NCBI GenBank assembly: GCA_021736975.1
Contig: JAIPET010000005.1
Coordinates: 4,920 to 68,919, forward strand
Direction of reading: 5' to 3'
Length of the DNA: 64,000 nucleotides
DNA from: Candidatus Woesearchaeota archaeon
Lineage (GTDB): Archaea; Nanobdellota; Nanobdellia; Woesearchaeales; 21-14-0-10-32-9
This document shows, one piece after another, positions 62,168-64,000 of the stretch. The notes beneath the pieces are model-generated. The model made no database searches. It was given only the letters and a program-made list of their open reading frames with translations, and was not told the DNA's origin. How positions within the stretch are numbered: position 1 is the stretch's first letter; every line of letters starts with the position of its first letter. Both the position numbers and the translations under genes were made by a program.

Positions 62168-63313
62168 TTACTTTAATATATCGCACAAATCTCTTACAAA
62201 TCCATTTCCACCTTCATATTCTGAGATATAGTTACAAATTGCTTTAACTTCTTTTCTGGCATTTTTTGGGCACGCACTAAAACCAACTTTTTCTAAAACT
62301 GGAATGTCTTGAATATCATCTCCGCAGAAGCATATTTCTTCATCTTTTAGGTTGTATTTATTTTTTATTTCTTCATATGTTTGGAGTTTATTTTTTATTC
62401 CTAGGTGTATTTCTTTAATCCGGAGTTTTTCCATTCTTTTTTTAACAATCTCTGAGTTCTCTGCACTTATAACACCTATTATTTTTTCATTTCTTATTAG
62501 TTCAATTCCTTTGCCATCAATTCTTGAAAATTTAACTGTTTCATTTCCTTTTTCATCTTGATAAACTGATCCGTCTGTAAATACTCCATCTACATCAAAT
62601 AATATCATTTTTATTTTGTTTTTTTTATCTTCAAAGTTTGATTTTATAAACTTATTTTTCATTAAGAATTCCACTATTTCAAAGTCAAATGATTCATCAA
62701 TTTCAAAAGACATCCATTTAGGCATTTCGTAGATTGATATTTTGCCACCTAATCTGTTTTTTTCATTTTCTAGAATTTCTTTTTTGAATATATAAAATGA
62801 GCCATTCTCAACAAATTCCCATTCTTTATCTTGTCTTCTTGGTCTATTTTTAAAATCATAATTTATTGATTTTCCTTCTTTTGTCCAGAGAAATGAATCA
62901 TTTTTGTATGTTGTAAGTAATGAATCTGCTTTTTCCTCAAACATTTGTTCTATAGCGTCATCTATTTGTTTACTATATCTTATAGGAGACGTACATTGAA
63001 ATAAGCACATATAATCAAAATCATTTTGAAGTTCATTTGATGCATGTATTAATGCAGATTCAGTAGATGCTGTGTCTCCGGATATTTCATCAGGTCTTCG
63101 TATTATTTGAGCTCCAAGTTCCATTGAAGTGGTTTCAATTTCATTATCATCTGTTGATACATAAACTTGATCGATATATTTAGAACATTTAACTTGGTCT
63201 ATAGTCCAAGCTATTAATTGTTTTCCAGCAATTAATTTTATGTTTTTTTTAGGTATTCCCTTACTACCTCCTCTCGCAGGTATTATTGCTATGATTTTTT
63301 TATTTTTATACAT
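62168..63313 (-). CDS. neuA: CMP-nonulosonate synthetase (NeuA) fused to a KdsC-like HAD phosphatase
   Basis: IPARGGSKGIPKKN, VSTD, TSP and ENGS; then FDVDGVFTDG, GDDIQD and GG.G.VR. Confidence 0.92.
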   Translation of the reverse strand: MYKNKKIIAIIPARGGSKGIPKKNIKLIAGKQLIAWTIDQVKCSKYIDQVYVSTDDNEIETTSMELGAQIIRRPDEISGDTASTESALIHASNELQNDFDYMCLFQCTSPIRYSKQIDDAIEQMFEEKADSLLTTYKNDSFLWTKEGKSINYDFKNRPRRQDKEWEFVENGSFYIFKKEILENEKNRLGGKISIYEMPKWMSFEIDESFDFEIVEFLMKNKFIKSNFEDKKNKIKMILFDVDGVFTDGSVYQDEKGNETVKFSRIDGKGIELIRNEKIIGVISAENSEIVKKRMEKLRIKEIHLGIKNKLQTYEEIKNKYNLKDEEICFCGDDIQDIPVLEKVGFSACPKNARKEVKAICNYISEYEGGNGFVRDLCDILK

Positions 63314-63998
63314 TTTTATATCCTTTTATTATTTCAGTAATTCTTCCTAATGCTTTTCCATCTTCTTTATACATGAAATTTTTTATAAATTTTGTTCTTT
63401 CTTGTTCTTTTTTTTGTTTTGATTGGTATATTTCTTGTATTGCTTTTTTCATTAAGTTCCTGTTGTTTATTTTTTTGGCCAACCCGTATTTTTCGTAGTC
63501 AAATTGTGTGGTCATCTCTTCTATCCAATTAGGCATTATTATTTGTTTTTTTAGTATTATTGCATTATATAGTGCTGTTGAAAACCCACCTAACACAAAA
63601 TCACTTATTAGTATCATTTCATCCAGATTTTCTTGAGTTATTGTCACATTATTTTTAAGGTAATCATATTCTTTTAATTCTTCTCGAGGATGTATTTTTA
63701 TTAACAATTTGATTTTTTGTTTATTTAATTCTTCATATATTTCTGTAGTTAGTCTTTTTTGTTTTTCTGTTGTCCAATTTCCAAATTTATCTTTTCCTAG
63801 TGGTTGAGTTATTAATAAACACATTTTATCTTCTCTTTTGAAACCTAGTTTTTCTTTAATTTTGAATATTTTTTCTTTATTCCAATTAAGTTTTTCAAAA
63901 GTTGAATCAAATTGAGGATTACCCACAACAATTACATCTTCGGGTTTATATCCATCTCTTTTGATATAGAATTCTTTATCTTTTAAGCCATAACAAAG
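63306..63998 (-). CDS. Putative GT-B glycosyltransferase (sialyl/CDP-glycerol transferase-like), 5'-truncated by the window
   Basis: Frame is open to the window end; VVGNPQFD, KIHPRE, STA...A and DGKA..RI motifs. Confidence 0.65.
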   Translation of the reverse strand, partial: LCYGLKDKEFYIKRDGYKPEDVIVVGNPQFDSTFEKLNWNKEKIFKIKEKLGFKREDKMCLLITQPLGKDKFGNWTTEKQKRLTTEIYEELNKQKIKLLIKIHPREELKEYDYLKNNVTITQENLDEMILISDFVLGGFSTALYNAIILKKQIIMPNWIEEMTTQFDYEKYGLAKKINNRNLMKKAIQEIYQSKQKKEQERTKFIKNFMYKEDGKALGRITEIIKGYKNV

Positions 63999-64000
63999 AC

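Overview
AT-rich archaeal chromosomal segment. Gene content and style (PolD DP1/DP2, Orc1/Cdc6, MCM, TBP, aIF2-beta, RadA/RadB, pelota, stand-alone 5S rRNA) point to a DPANN archaeon, most likely Woesearchaeota/Nanobdellota; this taxonomy is inferred. Layout: (1) 1-4.7 kb accessory block with the 3' part of a large modular surface/fibre protein carrying a peptidase-S74-type chaperone, plus a HepT/MntA toxin-antitoxin operon with a tandem operator; (2) 4.8-18.9 kb replication cluster with intein-containing MCM, TBP, DP2, DP1, Cdc6 and an ORB-defined origin, plus an unexpected second ORB cluster upstream of tbp-mcm; (3) 18.9-40.6 kb housekeeping genes, including a clear ArmA/Rmt-family 16S rRNA methyltransferase homologue, tandem patatins, a truncated RqcH, several structured 5' leaders and a 5S rRNA; (4) 40.7-64 kb surface-glycan island with GDP-fucose genes, a flippase, a cassette with two ThDP-dependent systems and many redox and methyl tailoring enzymes, a rearranged NDP-heptose-like pathway and a KDN/sialic-acid-type pathway. 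All calls come from motif recognition by eye; no database searches were run.
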